Below are positions 32,655 to 41,839 of a DNA stretch of 64,000 nucleotides, one piece after another; the first letter of the stretch is position 1; each line of letters opens with the position of its first letter. The translations under genes were made by a program, and so were the position numbers. This DNA comes from Akkermansiaceae bacterium (GTDB lineage: Bacteria > Verrucomicrobiota > Verrucomicrobiia > Verrucomicrobiales > Akkermansiaceae), in the NCBI GenBank assembly GCA_051251915.1, contig JBPOGF010000010.1:90324-154323 (forward strand), in the 5' to 3' direction. The notes under the pieces were generated by a model. That model searched no databases and was not told the DNA's origin. It saw only the letters and a list, made by a program, of their open reading frames with translations.

Positions 32655-33443
32655 ATGAAATTTAAACGACTATTTATTGTGATGTTATCCGCTACGGCTT
32701 TTTGTTCTGCGGAGGAGGGTAAGCCAGTTGAAGCGCCGAAGAAAACCGTGCTGATTACAGGGGCGAACAGGGGACTGGGATTAGAGCTTAGTAAGCAGTT
32801 TGCTGCGGAGAATTATCATGTGATTGGCACAGCGCGGTCACCTGAGAAGGCGACGGATCTTAAAGAAGTGGCTGATGAGGTGTTGGCTCTGGATGTAACT
32901 TCTGATGAGAGCATTAAGGGGTTGTCTAAGGCGCTGAATGGGCAACCGATAGATATTTTGGTACATAATGCGGGGTATTTTGGTCCTACTAAGGGGCTAG
33001 GGCCGGGGAATGAGAAGTCGGCTAGTTTGGCTACGCTCACACGTAGTGAGGTGCTGGATTGTTTTGCGGTGAACTCAGCGGGGCCAATTTTTGTGACTCA
33101 GGGGTTATTACCAAATTTGAATGCGTCTAAGCAGGCTAAGGTGATTGTTATTTCCAGTAGGAGTGGGATCATCAATCAGGCAAGAGGTGCTGGTGCTTAT
33201 GGTTACCGTATTAGTAAAACAGGTGCTAACCGTGCTGTAAGAATTATGTCAGTGGATAAGGCTTTGAAGGGGGCCATTGTGGTGGCTGTAGCGCCTGGTC
33301 ATAACCAGACGGATATGGGCGGGACTAAAGCGAAACTTACCCCTGAGGTGAGCATGGCGGCTGTGAAGAAGTTGATTACTGAGTTCACTAAGAAGGAAAA
33401 TGGGAAGTTCATCTATTACGATGGGAAAGAACTTCCTTGGTAA
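32655..33443 (+). CDS. SDR oxidoreductase (CsgA/C-factor-like) with apparent signal peptide
   Basis: TGANRGLG, HNAG, YRISK. Start inferred at MKFKRLFIVMLSATAFCSA. Confidence 0.88.
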   Translation: MKFKRLFIVMLSATAFCSAEEGKPVEAPKKTVLITGANRGLGLELSKQFAAENYHVIGTARSPEKATDLKEVADEVLALDVTSDESIKGLSKALNGQPIDILVHNAGYFGPTKGLGPGNEKSASLATLTRSEVLDCFAVNSAGPIFVTQGLLPNLNASKQAKVIVISSRSGIINQARGAGAYGYRISKTGANRAVRIMSVDKALKGAIVVAVAPGHNQTDMGGTKAKLTPEVSMAAVKKLITEFTKKENGKFIYYDGKELPW

Positions 33444-33504
33444 TCAACTGGAGGTAAGTTTTAAGTCTAGGGGTAAGCTTTTTATTGAGCTTACCCTTAT
33501 TTTT

Positions 33505-33750
33505 TTATTTTTTGTCCTCGGCAACTTTGACGCGGATGCGGCTGTTGGCGACATTTCTGTCGTTGAGTTTTTTGATGGCGAAGCGGGCGTTTTTCTCGAC
33601 GGGCATTTCTGCGAAGCCGAAGCCTTTTGATTTGCCGGTGACTTTGTCTAGGACGAGGTCGCAGCTGGTTACTTCTCCGAATTCTTCGAAGAGGGCGCGG
33701 AGTTGTGGTTCTGTGGTTTCACGGGCGAGGTTTCTGATGATGATTTTCAT
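33505..33750 (-). CDS. RRM RNA-binding protein
   Basis: IIIRNL (RNP2-like), KGFGFAEM (RNP1). Confidence 0.92.
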   Translation of the reverse strand: MKIIIRNLARETTEPQLRALFEEFGEVTSCDLVLDKVTGKSKGFGFAEMPVEKNARFAIKKLNDRNVANSRIRVKVAEDKK

Positions 33751-33794
33751 AAGGATAGGATAAAGGTAAAAGTTGAAAGGATAAAGGAGGAAGT

Positions 33795-33827
33795 AAAAAG
33801 CCGTTTTGGATTACTCCAAAACGGCTT
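33795..33827 (-). terminator. fusA intrinsic terminator
   Basis: AAGCCGTTTTGGA-TTAC-TCCAAAACGGCTT, with a U tract on the minus strand. Confidence 0.8.
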
Positions 33828-33853
33828 GGTGAATTTTAAGTTATCAGTTTAGC

Positions 33854-35938
33854 TTACTTAGCGGCTTCGCGCTCAGCAGCTTCTTTGATGACACGCTCGG
33901 CGATGTTCTTAGGACATGCTGCGTAGTGTGCGAACTCCATGGAGAACTGTCCACGACCTGATGTCATTGTTCTAAGGTCACCGATGTAACCGAACATCTC
34001 AGAGAGGGCTGCTTCTGCTTTGATGCGAACACCAGTAGCAGTAGTCTCTTGAGCTTGGATCATTCCTCTACGACGGTTAAGGTCACCGATGACGTCACCG
34101 ACGTGATCTTCTGGAGTGAATACATCAAGCTTCATGATAGGCTCAAGGATCTGTGGTCCAGCTTTAGGGATGGTCTGGCGGTAACCGCCGCGAGCTGCGA
34201 TCTCGAACGCTACAGCGGAGGAGTCAACTGCGTGTTGGCCACCGTCTGTGAGTGTGACTTTAACGTCAAGGAGTGGGTATCCAGCGAGGACACCTTTGAC
34301 CATTGAAGTTTCGAAACCTTTCTTAATTGCTGGCCAGAATTCCTTAGGAACACTTCCACCAACTACTGTTGATTCGAATTCGAAGCCTGAGTTTTGCTCG
34401 CCTGGCTCGATGGTGTAGTCGATCTTACCATACTGACCAGAACCACCTGACTGTTTCTTGTGAGTGTAGCTGTCTTCAACACGCTGAGTGATTGTTTCTC
34501 TGTAAGCTACCTGTGGAGCACCAACGGTTACTTCTACACCGTGAGTTCTCTTGAGGATGTCTACTTTGATGTCGAGGTGAAGCTCACCCATTCCTTTGAG
34601 GATAGTCTCGCCTGAGTCTTCGTCAGTCTCAACGATGAATGTAGGATCTTCTTTCACCATTTTACCGATGGCTGTGCCAAGTTTCTCAGCATTTGCTTTA
34701 TCGATAGGAGCAACGGCGATGGAGATAACTGGATCTGGGAATACCATTGGCTCGAGTGTTGCAGGGTGCTTAGGATCACAGAGTGTGTGACCTGTTTGTG
34801 TGTTCTTAAGGCCTACGAGTGCGATGATGTCACCAGCTTGTGCTGAGTCTAGCTCGATACGGTCATCAGCGTGCATCTCTACGAGACGTCCAACACGCTC
34901 AGTTTTACCTGTGAATGTGTTGAGGATGGTGTCTCCTTTGTTGAGTGTTCCTGAGTAGATACGTGTGAATGTGAGTGCTCCGTATTTGTCATCCATGATT
35001 TTGAATGCAAGTGCGCGGAGTGGCTTGTTGACGTCAACGATGGCGAATTCGCCAGTTTCGTTACCTTCTTCGTCTACTTCCGGCTGAGCTGGAACTTCAG
35101 TAGGTGATGGTAGGAAGTCTACAACTGCGTTGAGGACGTTCTGGATACCTTTATTTTTGAATGCAGATCCACAGTATGTAGGGAAGAATGCGAGGTCGAT
35201 TGTTCCTTTACGGATGCACTTTTTGAGGTCGTCCATTGATGGCTCGTTGCCTTCAAGGTATTCCATCATAAGGTCGTCGTCTTGCTCTACAGCAGTTTCG
35301 ATGAGTTCTGCGCGGTATTCATTACATTGGTCCACCATGTCAGCAGGGATGTCTTCGATTACGTAGTTCTCAGGGAGACCTGAGTCATCCCATACCCATG
35401 CTTTCATAGTGAGGAGGTCAACGACACCTTTGAGGTCGTTTTCAGCTCCGATAGGGAGAACCATGATGAGTGGCTTAGCAGCGAGGATTTCCTTGATCTG
35501 CTTGACGACTCCGAGGAAGCTAGCTCCAACACGGTCCATTTTGTTGATGAAGATAACACGAGCAACTTTAGATTCGTTTGCGTAACGCCAGTTAGTCTCT
35601 GACTGAGGCTCAACACCACCAGAAGCACAGAATACACCTACACCACCGTCGAGAACCTTGAGTGAACGGTAAACTTCAACGGTGAAGTCAACGTGTCCAG
35701 GAGTATCGATGATGTTGAAACGGTGACCGTCCCAGAAACATGATGTGGCAGCAGACTGGATAGTGATTCCACGCTCTTGCTCTTGTTCCATGAAGTCAGT
35801 AGTTGCTTCACCATCGTGAACTTCCCCTGTTTTATGCACCTTACCGGTGAGTTTGAGGATACGCTCTGTGGTAGTAGTCTTACCCGCGTCAACGTGGGCG
35901 AAGATTCCGATGTTTCTGTATTTGCTGAGGTCAGACAT
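33854..35938 (-). CDS. fusA: Elongation factor G
   Basis: [37 protein letters not shown]; 694 aa. Confidence 0.97.
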   Translation of the reverse strand: MSDLSKYRNIGIFAHVDAGKTTTTERILKLTGKVHKTGEVHDGEATTDFMEQEQERGITIQSAATSCFWDGHRFNIIDTPGHVDFTVEVYRSLKVLDGGVGVFCASGGVEPQSETNWRYANESKVARVIFINKMDRVGASFLGVVKQIKEILAAKPLIMVLPIGAENDLKGVVDLLTMKAWVWDDSGLPENYVIEDIPADMVDQCNEYRAELIETAVEQDDDLMMEYLEGNEPSMDDLKKCIRKGTIDLAFFPTYCGSAFKNKGIQNVLNAVVDFLPSPTEVPAQPEVDEEGNETGEFAIVDVNKPLRALAFKIMDDKYGALTFTRIYSGTLNKGDTILNTFTGKTERVGRLVEMHADDRIELDSAQAGDIIALVGLKNTQTGHTLCDPKHPATLEPMVFPDPVISIAVAPIDKANAEKLGTAIGKMVKEDPTFIVETDEDSGETILKGMGELHLDIKVDILKRTHGVEVTVGAPQVAYRETITQRVEDSYTHKKQSGGSGQYGKIDYTIEPGEQNSGFEFESTVVGGSVPKEFWPAIKKGFETSMVKGVLAGYPLLDVKVTLTDGGQHAVDSSAVAFEIAARGGYRQTIPKAGPQILEPIMKLDVFTPEDHVGDVIGDLNRRRGMIQAQETTATGVRIKAEAALSEMFGYIGDLRTMTSGRGQFSMEFAHYAACPKNIAERVIKEAAEREAAK

Positions 35939-36095
35939 AATAATTTGCTTTAATGTTTAGGTGCTAAATTGACTTTGAGTCGATTTAGACGTAAATGATG
36001 CGGGTCAATACAAGGGAAATTGACATTTGGCAATGCTTCTATTTATTTTTTTCTAAATAGTTGCTTATTTGTGTCTTATCTTGGTGGACTTACAG

Positions 36096-36144
36096 CATTT
36101 GGACAGTGGTTCTGTGAGGTATACTCAGAACCACTGTTCAAATG
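36096..36144. terminator. 19-bp stem hairpin downstream of the HAD gene
   Basis: CATTTGGACAGTGGTTCTG / CAGAACCACTGTTCAAATG, one mismatch; no clear U tract. Confidence 0.55.
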
Positions 36145-36165
36145 ATGTTATGGAGCTTAGGAAGC

Positions 36166-36987
36166 TTAGGAAGCTTGCTCGTAGATGGCGGTTTCTTGTT
36201 TGATGTAGAAATCTTCTGGGATTTCGTTGAGACAGTTGGCTATGATGTCTGGTTGGTAGGCGTAGTGGCTTAGGTCCTGGCGGGTAGTGTGACCGCTGAG
36301 GACTAGTACCGATCGGTAGCCCATTTCTACGGCACCTAGGATGTCTGTGTACATGGTGTCACCGACCATGATGGTCTCATCTGTGCTTAGGTTTAGTGTT
36401 TTGCGAGCCATACGCATCATGATGGGTGATGGCTTGCCGACGGAGAATGCTTTTTTACCGGTGGCGGACTCGATCATGGCTACGATGGCGCCGCAACCTG
36501 GACGGATGCCGTTGTCGGTAGGGCAGGTGGTGTCTAGGTTGGTGGCGATGAGGGCAGCACCGTTGTGGACGAGTCTGACAGCTTTTTCGATGTTTTCGAA
36601 GTTGATGGTTCTGCCTTCACCTACGACTACGTAGTCAGCTTGGTCATCGACTACGGTGATGTTGTTCTGGTGGAGAGCTGCTGCGAGTCCATTTTCACCG
36701 ATGACGAATGCGGTGGCGTTTGGTTTCTTGTCTGCGATGAACCTTGCTGTGGCGATGCCGCAGGTGAGGATCTGGTTAGGGGTGGCAGCTATCCCGAGGC
36801 GGCCGATTTTGAGAGCGAGGTCTCTGCGGGTTCTTTGTGAGTTGTTAGTGAGGAAAAGGTATGGAATTCCGTATTTGTTTAATTTACTGAGAAACTCGAT
36901 GGTTCCGGGGATGAGTTCTTTACCTTTATAGATGACTCCGTCCATATCTAGGAGAAAGCCTACTTTTTTAATTGATTGTGCATTCAT
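36166..36987 (-). CDS. nagD: HAD-IIA hydrolase (NagD-like)
   Basis: DMDGVIY, LTNNS, GKPS, MVGDTMYTDI. Confidence 0.88.
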   Translation of the reverse strand: MNAQSIKKVGFLLDMDGVIYKGKELIPGTIEFLSKLNKYGIPYLFLTNNSQRTRRDLALKIGRLGIAATPNQILTCGIATARFIADKKPNATAFVIGENGLAAALHQNNITVVDDQADYVVVGEGRTINFENIEKAVRLVHNGAALIATNLDTTCPTDNGIRPGCGAIVAMIESATGKKAFSVGKPSPIMMRMARKTLNLSTDETIMVGDTMYTDILGAVEMGYRSVLVLSGHTTRQDLSHYAYQPDIIANCLNEIPEDFYIKQETAIYEQAS

Positions 36988-37284
36988 GGTAATTTTTTTT
37001 GGAGCAGTCCATGTGCCACAAATGGAAGATGAGGGGAGGAAAGGAACCGCGTTTTACGGTGTATAGGATGGGTGGTTTGATTTAATTTGGATCGGCTCCT
37101 TTCCTAGGGGCTATTGAGAAATCCGTGTAATCTTAACTATGAGGTTGGCTCATTTTAGGGTGGTTTCTTGCTGCTTTGATGGGAGTGGGTGTAGGAGGTG
37201 TTGTGGTTATTGTTGGTTTAAATTTTGAGGTTATGGGGTGGTTTAAGGTTGTGATGCGAGGTTTAGAAATGTAATTAGAGGGAT

Positions 37285-38313
37285 ATGAAAACTCAAATTA
37301 AACGATCTGGCCTGCTTACGGTGACATTTTTGGCAATGACTACAGCAATGAGTCAGGCGCAGGGGGAGACTTTGAATGAGATTGAGAAGAAGCAATTGAT
37401 TGAGAGGCTTGCGGAGATTAGGGAGGCGGCGGAGAAGTCATCTAAGGATAGGTTTGCGGTGGCGCTTATGGCATTTCGTGATGCGATCAAGAGTGATGCG
37501 TCTGCGCATGATTTGTATTTGAAGTGTGTGGAGAAGGCGGATTTTGAAGATCAGAAGAAGTCATCGCAAGATTTCAGGGACTGGAAGCGCAAGCATAAGG
37601 AGAGGAGGGATACAGCGGAGTTTCGCCGTGCTTTGCGTCATCAGTTGAACTGGTTGTTGCTGAGTATAGAGGCGTCTGTGAAGCCGGATGAGATAGAATC
37701 CCTAGGGGTGAAGGCTCTGGCGAAGGTGGATGCGATCATGGAGGATCATAAAATGCTGAAACCACAGCAGGGGTTGCTGGATAGGAGTGTGTTGAGTTCT
37801 GTGTATGCGAAGGCGTATAATATTAATGGTTTGCAGGCTAAGGACTGGCCGTTGTCTCCGCTGGCTATTAGTGATATTTATGAGAAGTTAGTGATGCCAC
37901 CGTTGAGGAATGGGGATTCAGTTGATATGTTGCGTAAGGCTTGGACCAAGCGGATAGAGCATGAGGGCTTGATCTTGAAAAACTGGGCAGATCTTCCGGA
38001 TTCTGGGAGAGTGGGGATGAAAAAGGATATGGAGCCACCTAAATTTACGAAGTGGAAAGAGGATGGTTATTTGAAGTTACTGTGGGAGAAGGAGATGGAC
38101 TGTTATAAGCACGGTGATGAAAAGCAGGCGTCTGGTAATATGCTGGCTCTGGTTACTGAGCACATTAAGCATAAGAAATCTTTGGAATGGACGAAGGATT
38201 TCCAGAAGCTGATGGGTGGGGGAGAAGGTGGAGATGTTCTGCCGAAGGTCTCGCCTAGTGTTGTTAAGCCTATGCCTGTGGAAACTACTGCTGAGGAGAA
38301 AGTGGTGGAGTGA
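37285..38313 (+). CDS. Secreted helical hypothetical protein
   Basis: 342-aa ORF, signal peptide, codon style of the host region. Confidence 0.8.
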   Translation: MKTQIKRSGLLTVTFLAMTTAMSQAQGETLNEIEKKQLIERLAEIREAAEKSSKDRFAVALMAFRDAIKSDASAHDLYLKCVEKADFEDQKKSSQDFRDWKRKHKERRDTAEFRRALRHQLNWLLLSIEASVKPDEIESLGVKALAKVDAIMEDHKMLKPQQGLLDRSVLSSVYAKAYNINGLQAKDWPLSPLAISDIYEKLVMPPLRNGDSVDMLRKAWTKRIEHEGLILKNWADLPDSGRVGMKKDMEPPKFTKWKEDGYLKLLWEKEMDCYKHGDEKQASGNMLALVTEHIKHKKSLEWTKDFQKLMGGGEGGDVLPKVSPSVVKPMPVETTAEEKVVE

Positions 38314-38427
38314 TCGTGTAAGACGGCTTGGTAGTATGCGGTGGAGGAGGGTGGTAGCTTCCTGTACAGGTTAATATGGCTAATAGGGGTTGCGCTTGAG
38401 GTGGGGTGAGTGTAGTTGTAGGGGCGT

Positions 38428-39300
38428 ATGACACGTGGTTATTCAGCTAATTCTTATGGGCCTCAGGGAGGTGGTGGCGGAGGTGGGTCTCGTTTTGCGG
38501 GGGCTCAGGTGACGAAGTGGATTTTGATCGCTTTGGTGGGGTTGTTTTTGGTGGATATTGTGGGGATGGGGAAAGGTGTGGGGAGGCTGATGCCACATGT
38601 TGCGTTGGGTGGTGGAGTGTTGCATGAGGTTTGGCGATGGGTGACGTATCCGGTTGTGAATATTAATATTGGGAGCTGGGTGTTTACGTTGTTTACTTTT
38701 TTTGTGTTTGGGAGGTTGGCTGAGCAGGCGATGGGGTCGAGGAGGTATGGGGTGATGTTAGGTTTTACTACGTTGGTAGGAGCTGCAGTTTATGCGGTGA
38801 TGAGTCAGAGTAGTGTGGTTCCTTTGACTGGGGCTAGTGGGTTGAGCATGGCGGTGCTGGTGGTGGTGGCGATGATGTATCCTGAGCAGAAGGTGCAGCT
38901 ATTGATTCCTCCGGTGCCGTTGAAGTTGAAGAATTTGGTGTTTGGATTAATAGGGTTGATGGTGGTGATGGCGATTGTGGAGCGGGCAGATCCGGCGGAG
39001 TCGTTGGCGCATTTGAGCGGTGTGGGGGTAGGTTTTTTGTGCATGAAGAATTTGCATTGGCTGGATATTGGGCCGGCGGGTCAGCGTGGGGGAGGTAAGA
39101 AGAAGGTTAACAAGCAAGGCGTGAACCGCGGGCAGAGGCAGCGGCAAGGTGGAGGGATGAAGGCGCGGACGAAGCTGAATATGTCAGTGAGTAAGCGAGA
39201 GGCTGAGGTGAATAGGATTTTAGAGAAGGTTTCTGCTGAAGGGATAGGTAATCTGACAGAGGATGAACGTGAGATATTAAAATTTGCATCTAAGAAATAA
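38428..39300 (+). CDS. Rhomboid-family intramembrane serine protease with C-terminal helical domain
   Basis: GASG, AHLSG, multiple TM helices; C-terminal EVNRILEKVSAEGIGNLT. Confidence 0.88.
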   Translation: MTRGYSANSYGPQGGGGGGGSRFAGAQVTKWILIALVGLFLVDIVGMGKGVGRLMPHVALGGGVLHEVWRWVTYPVVNINIGSWVFTLFTFFVFGRLAEQAMGSRRYGVMLGFTTLVGAAVYAVMSQSSVVPLTGASGLSMAVLVVVAMMYPEQKVQLLIPPVPLKLKNLVFGLIGLMVVMAIVERADPAESLAHLSGVGVGFLCMKNLHWLDIGPAGQRGGGKKKVNKQGVNRGQRQRQGGGMKARTKLNMSVSKREAEVNRILEKVSAEGIGNLTEDEREILKFASKK

Positions 39301-39303
39301 ATA

Positions 39304-39384
39304 ATGACTGATGAAGAAATGATGGAGTGCTCGGAGCCTGGGTTACAGGTGGAGCGGTTGCGGGCGATTATGCGTGCCTGTTAA
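39304..39384 (+). pseudogene. Duplicated 5' fragment of mazG
   Basis: MTDEEMMECSEPGLQVERLRAIMRAC* versus the intact MTDQEMMECSTPEMQVERLKAIMHRL at 41840. Confidence 0.88.
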
Positions 39385-39387
39385 GCG

Positions 39388-39610
39388 TTTAGGGAATCTA
39401 GACTAGGGAGAGTAATGCCTGGCCTGCGGCGCCAGACAGAATTAACAAAATGGTACAGAATTATTGCGAATACGATGAATCATTTAATTCGATAGCTTAA
39501 AACCAAAGTTAAATAGCTATTTACATAAGTCATTTAACCCTGATATTTTGTTAATTCTGAGAAATCCTGACAATTCTGTATAAATAAATCCCTAGTGTAA
39601 GATCCCTGAA
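39388..39610. mobile_element. MITE-like non-coding element (223 bp)
   Basis: Terminal inverted repeats match 17/22 (TTTAGGGAATCTAGACTAGGGA / TCCCTAGTGTAAGATCCCTGAA) and are flanked by CG. The element is absent from the paralogous site at ~40755. Confidence 0.6.
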
Positions 39611-39667
39611 CGTTGCGGGTATTTATATTGATCTATCATTTGTTGTGATATAAGTATATCTATACTT

Positions 39668-40615
39668 ATGAAAATGAAATCAATACTTATAGGTGTGGCA
39701 GGTGTGAGCTTGGTCACGGGAATGGCTTCGGCAACGGTTACTTTTGGAATAGGAGGGAATGCCTTTGACATGGACTTTGTGGATGTGGGGAATGCTGGTA
39801 ATGTGGCTGATGATACTGGCTATGGAGCGGTGGACTATGTTTACCAGATGGGGACGCATGAGGTGAGCCGTGATATGATCACTAAGTATAATGCTTCAGC
39901 AGGTGCAGTTCCAGTGACTTTAGATGGCATGAGTTTCGTTACAGGTGGGGCACGTGCTAATATGGCTGCTTCGGGGATCAGCTGGAATGAGGCGGCGCGG
40001 TTTGTAAACTGGCTGAATACTTCTAGTGGTGGTGTGGCTGCGTATAACTTTACTGGAGCAGGGGCGAATGATAATATCACTCTGTGGACGAGTGGGGATG
40101 CTGGCTATGATGCGAGTAATGAGTATAGAAACTCGCTGGCTAAGTATGTGCTTCCGAGTGAGGATGAGTGGTATAAGGCGGTTTATTATAATGGGAGTGG
40201 TGGGTATGATGACTATGCGCCTCAGACAGGTGACACAGCTCCGACAGCGGTGGCGAATGGCACAGCGGCTGGATCAGCGGTGTATGGTCAAGACTTTGTA
40301 CAAGGTCCAGCGGACATCACGAGTGCAGGAGGACTAAGTCACTATGAGACGATGGGGCAGAATGGTAATGTGTGGGAGTGGGGCGAATCTGCCTTTGATG
40401 GTAGTAATGACTCGGCTGTTGATTCTCGCGTCTTGCGCGGGGGCGGCTGGAACATTACGTCTAACTCCCTCCGCTCGTCTTTCCGCGACGTCTTCAGCCC
40501 GACGTTCGAGTTCAGCACCGTAGGTTTTCGAGTTGCAGTTGTTCCTGAGCCGTCATCAGTGCTCTTAACGATGATCGGAGCGTTTAGTTTACTAATCACC
40601 AGAAAGCGTAGATAG
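39668..40615 (+). CDS. FGE-sulfatase/C-type-lectin-fold PEP-CTERM protein; putative DGR target 1
   Basis: ISWNEAARFVNWL, LPSEDEWYKA, GQNGNVWEW, RVLRGGGW...VGFRVA, then VPEPSS-TM-RKRR. Confidence 0.92.
   Translation: MKMKSILIGVAGVSLVTGMASATVTFGIGGNAFDMDFVDVGNAGNVADDTGYGAVDYVYQMGTHEVSRDMITKYNASAGAVPVTLDGMSFVTGGARANMAASGISWNEAARFVNWLNTSSGGVAAYNFTGAGANDNITLWTSGDAGYDASNEYRNSLAKYVLPSEDEWYKAVYYNGSGGYDDYAPQTGDTAPTAVANGTAAGSAVYGQDFVQGPADITSAGGLSHYETMGQNGNVWEWGESAFDGSNDSAVDSRVLRGGGWNITSNSLRSSFRDVFSPTFEFSTVGFRVAVVPEPSSVLLTMIGAFSLLITRKRR
40427..40539 (+). repeat. Putative DGR variable region VR1
   Basis: 113-bp ungapped match to 41566..41678; mismatches concentrated at positions 1-2 of NNC codons. Confidence 0.8.
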
Positions 40616-40703
40616 TTTCCCTTTATTCTTTTTTTCTTTGCCCTTTTCTTTTTTTTGGAAAAAGAGGGAAGCTATAAAAAGGCCCGTCCCTCTATAACAT
40701 CCT

Positions 40704-40755
40704 GAGCCTGGGGTGCGGGTGGGGCGGTTGAGGGCGATCATGCGTGCCTGTCAAG
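40704..40755 (+). pseudogene. Second, more degenerate copy of the mazG 5' fragment
   Basis: GAGCCTGGGGTGCGGGTGGGGCGGTTGAGGGCGATCATGCGTGCCTGTCAAG aligns with ~39333..39385. Confidence 0.75.
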
Positions 40756-40812
40756 CGTTGCGGGTATTTATATTGATCTATCATGTGTTGTGATGTAATT
40801 ATATCTATACTT

Positions 40813-41766
40813 ATGAAAATGAAATCAATACTTATAGGTGTGGCAGGTGTGTGCTTGGTCGCCGGAGTTGCTTCGGCATCAATAATAACGTTTGGTTCTG
40901 GAGGGAATGCCTTTGACATGGACTTTGTGGATGTGGGGAATGCTGGTAATGCGGCGGATGATACTGGCTATGGCGCTGTGGGGTATAATTATAAGATGGG
41001 GACGCATGAGGTGAGCCGTGATATGATCACGAAGTACAATGCACAGGCAGGTGTTGCGATTTCTTTACAGGATATGACTTCTTATGGTGGTAATCGTGCT
41101 AATATGGCAGCTACTGGGATAAGCTGGAATGAGGCGGCACGGTTTGTAAACTGGCTGAATATTTCTAGTGGTGGTGTGGCTGCGTATAACTTTACTGGCT
41201 TAGGTGTGAATGATTTTGCACTCTGGGAGAGCGGAGATGCTGGCTATGATGCGAGTAATGAGTATAGGAACTCACTGGCTAAGTATGTGCTGCCGAGTGA
41301 GGATGAGTGGTATAAGGCGGCTTATTATAATGGGAGTGGTGGGTATGATGACTATGCGACTCAGACAGGTGACACAGCACCGACAGCGGTGGCGAATGGA
41401 ACTACGGCAGGGACAGCAGTGTATGATCAGATATTTGGACAAGGACCTGCTGATATAACGAATGCTGGAGGTTTGAGTGCTTACGGCACGATGGCACAGA
41501 ATGGCAATGTCTGGGAATGGGGTGAATCAGCCATTGATGGTAGTAATGACTCGGCTGTTGATTCTCGCGTCTTGCGCGGGGGCTACTGGTACAATACGTC
41601 TAGCAACCTCCGCTCTTCTTTCCGCCCCGGCTACGACCCGACGGGCGAGGGCTTCGGCATAGGATTTCGAGTTGCAGTAGTAACTCCTGTACCTGAGCCT
41701 TCGGGAGTGCTTTTAACGGGGATTGGTGCGCTGGGCTTGTTAATTAGAAGACATAGGAAAGGATAG
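40813..41766 (+). CDS. FGE-sulfatase/C-type-lectin-fold PEP-CTERM protein; putative DGR target 2
   Basis: Tandem paralog of 39668 with the same upstream region and start MKMKSILIGVAGV; RVLRGGYW...IGFRVA; VPEPSG-TM-RRHRK. Confidence 0.92.
   Translation: MKMKSILIGVAGVCLVAGVASASIITFGSGGNAFDMDFVDVGNAGNAADDTGYGAVGYNYKMGTHEVSRDMITKYNAQAGVAISLQDMTSYGGNRANMAATGISWNEAARFVNWLNISSGGVAAYNFTGLGVNDFALWESGDAGYDASNEYRNSLAKYVLPSEDEWYKAAYYNGSGGYDDYATQTGDTAPTAVANGTTAGTAVYDQIFGQGPADITNAGGLSAYGTMAQNGNVWEWGESAIDGSNDSAVDSRVLRGGYWYNTSSNLRSSFRPGYDPTGEGFGIGFRVAVVTPVPEPSGVLLTGIGALGLLIRRHRKG
41566..41678 (+). repeat. Putative DGR variable region VR2
   Basis: See VR1. Confidence 0.8.
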
Positions 41767-41839
41767 GCTGATATCCTCTTAAAAGTTGTGTGACTTTTGG
41801 ATTGTGCATTTTGGTGCAGGTGCGATAGATGGTGGGGTG

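Noticed and set aside
39668..41766. FGE-fold genes as sulfatase-maturing formylglycine-generating enzymes
   Set aside because: They lack the catalytic Cys pair after RGG and carry PEP-CTERM anchors, so a binding role is more likely.
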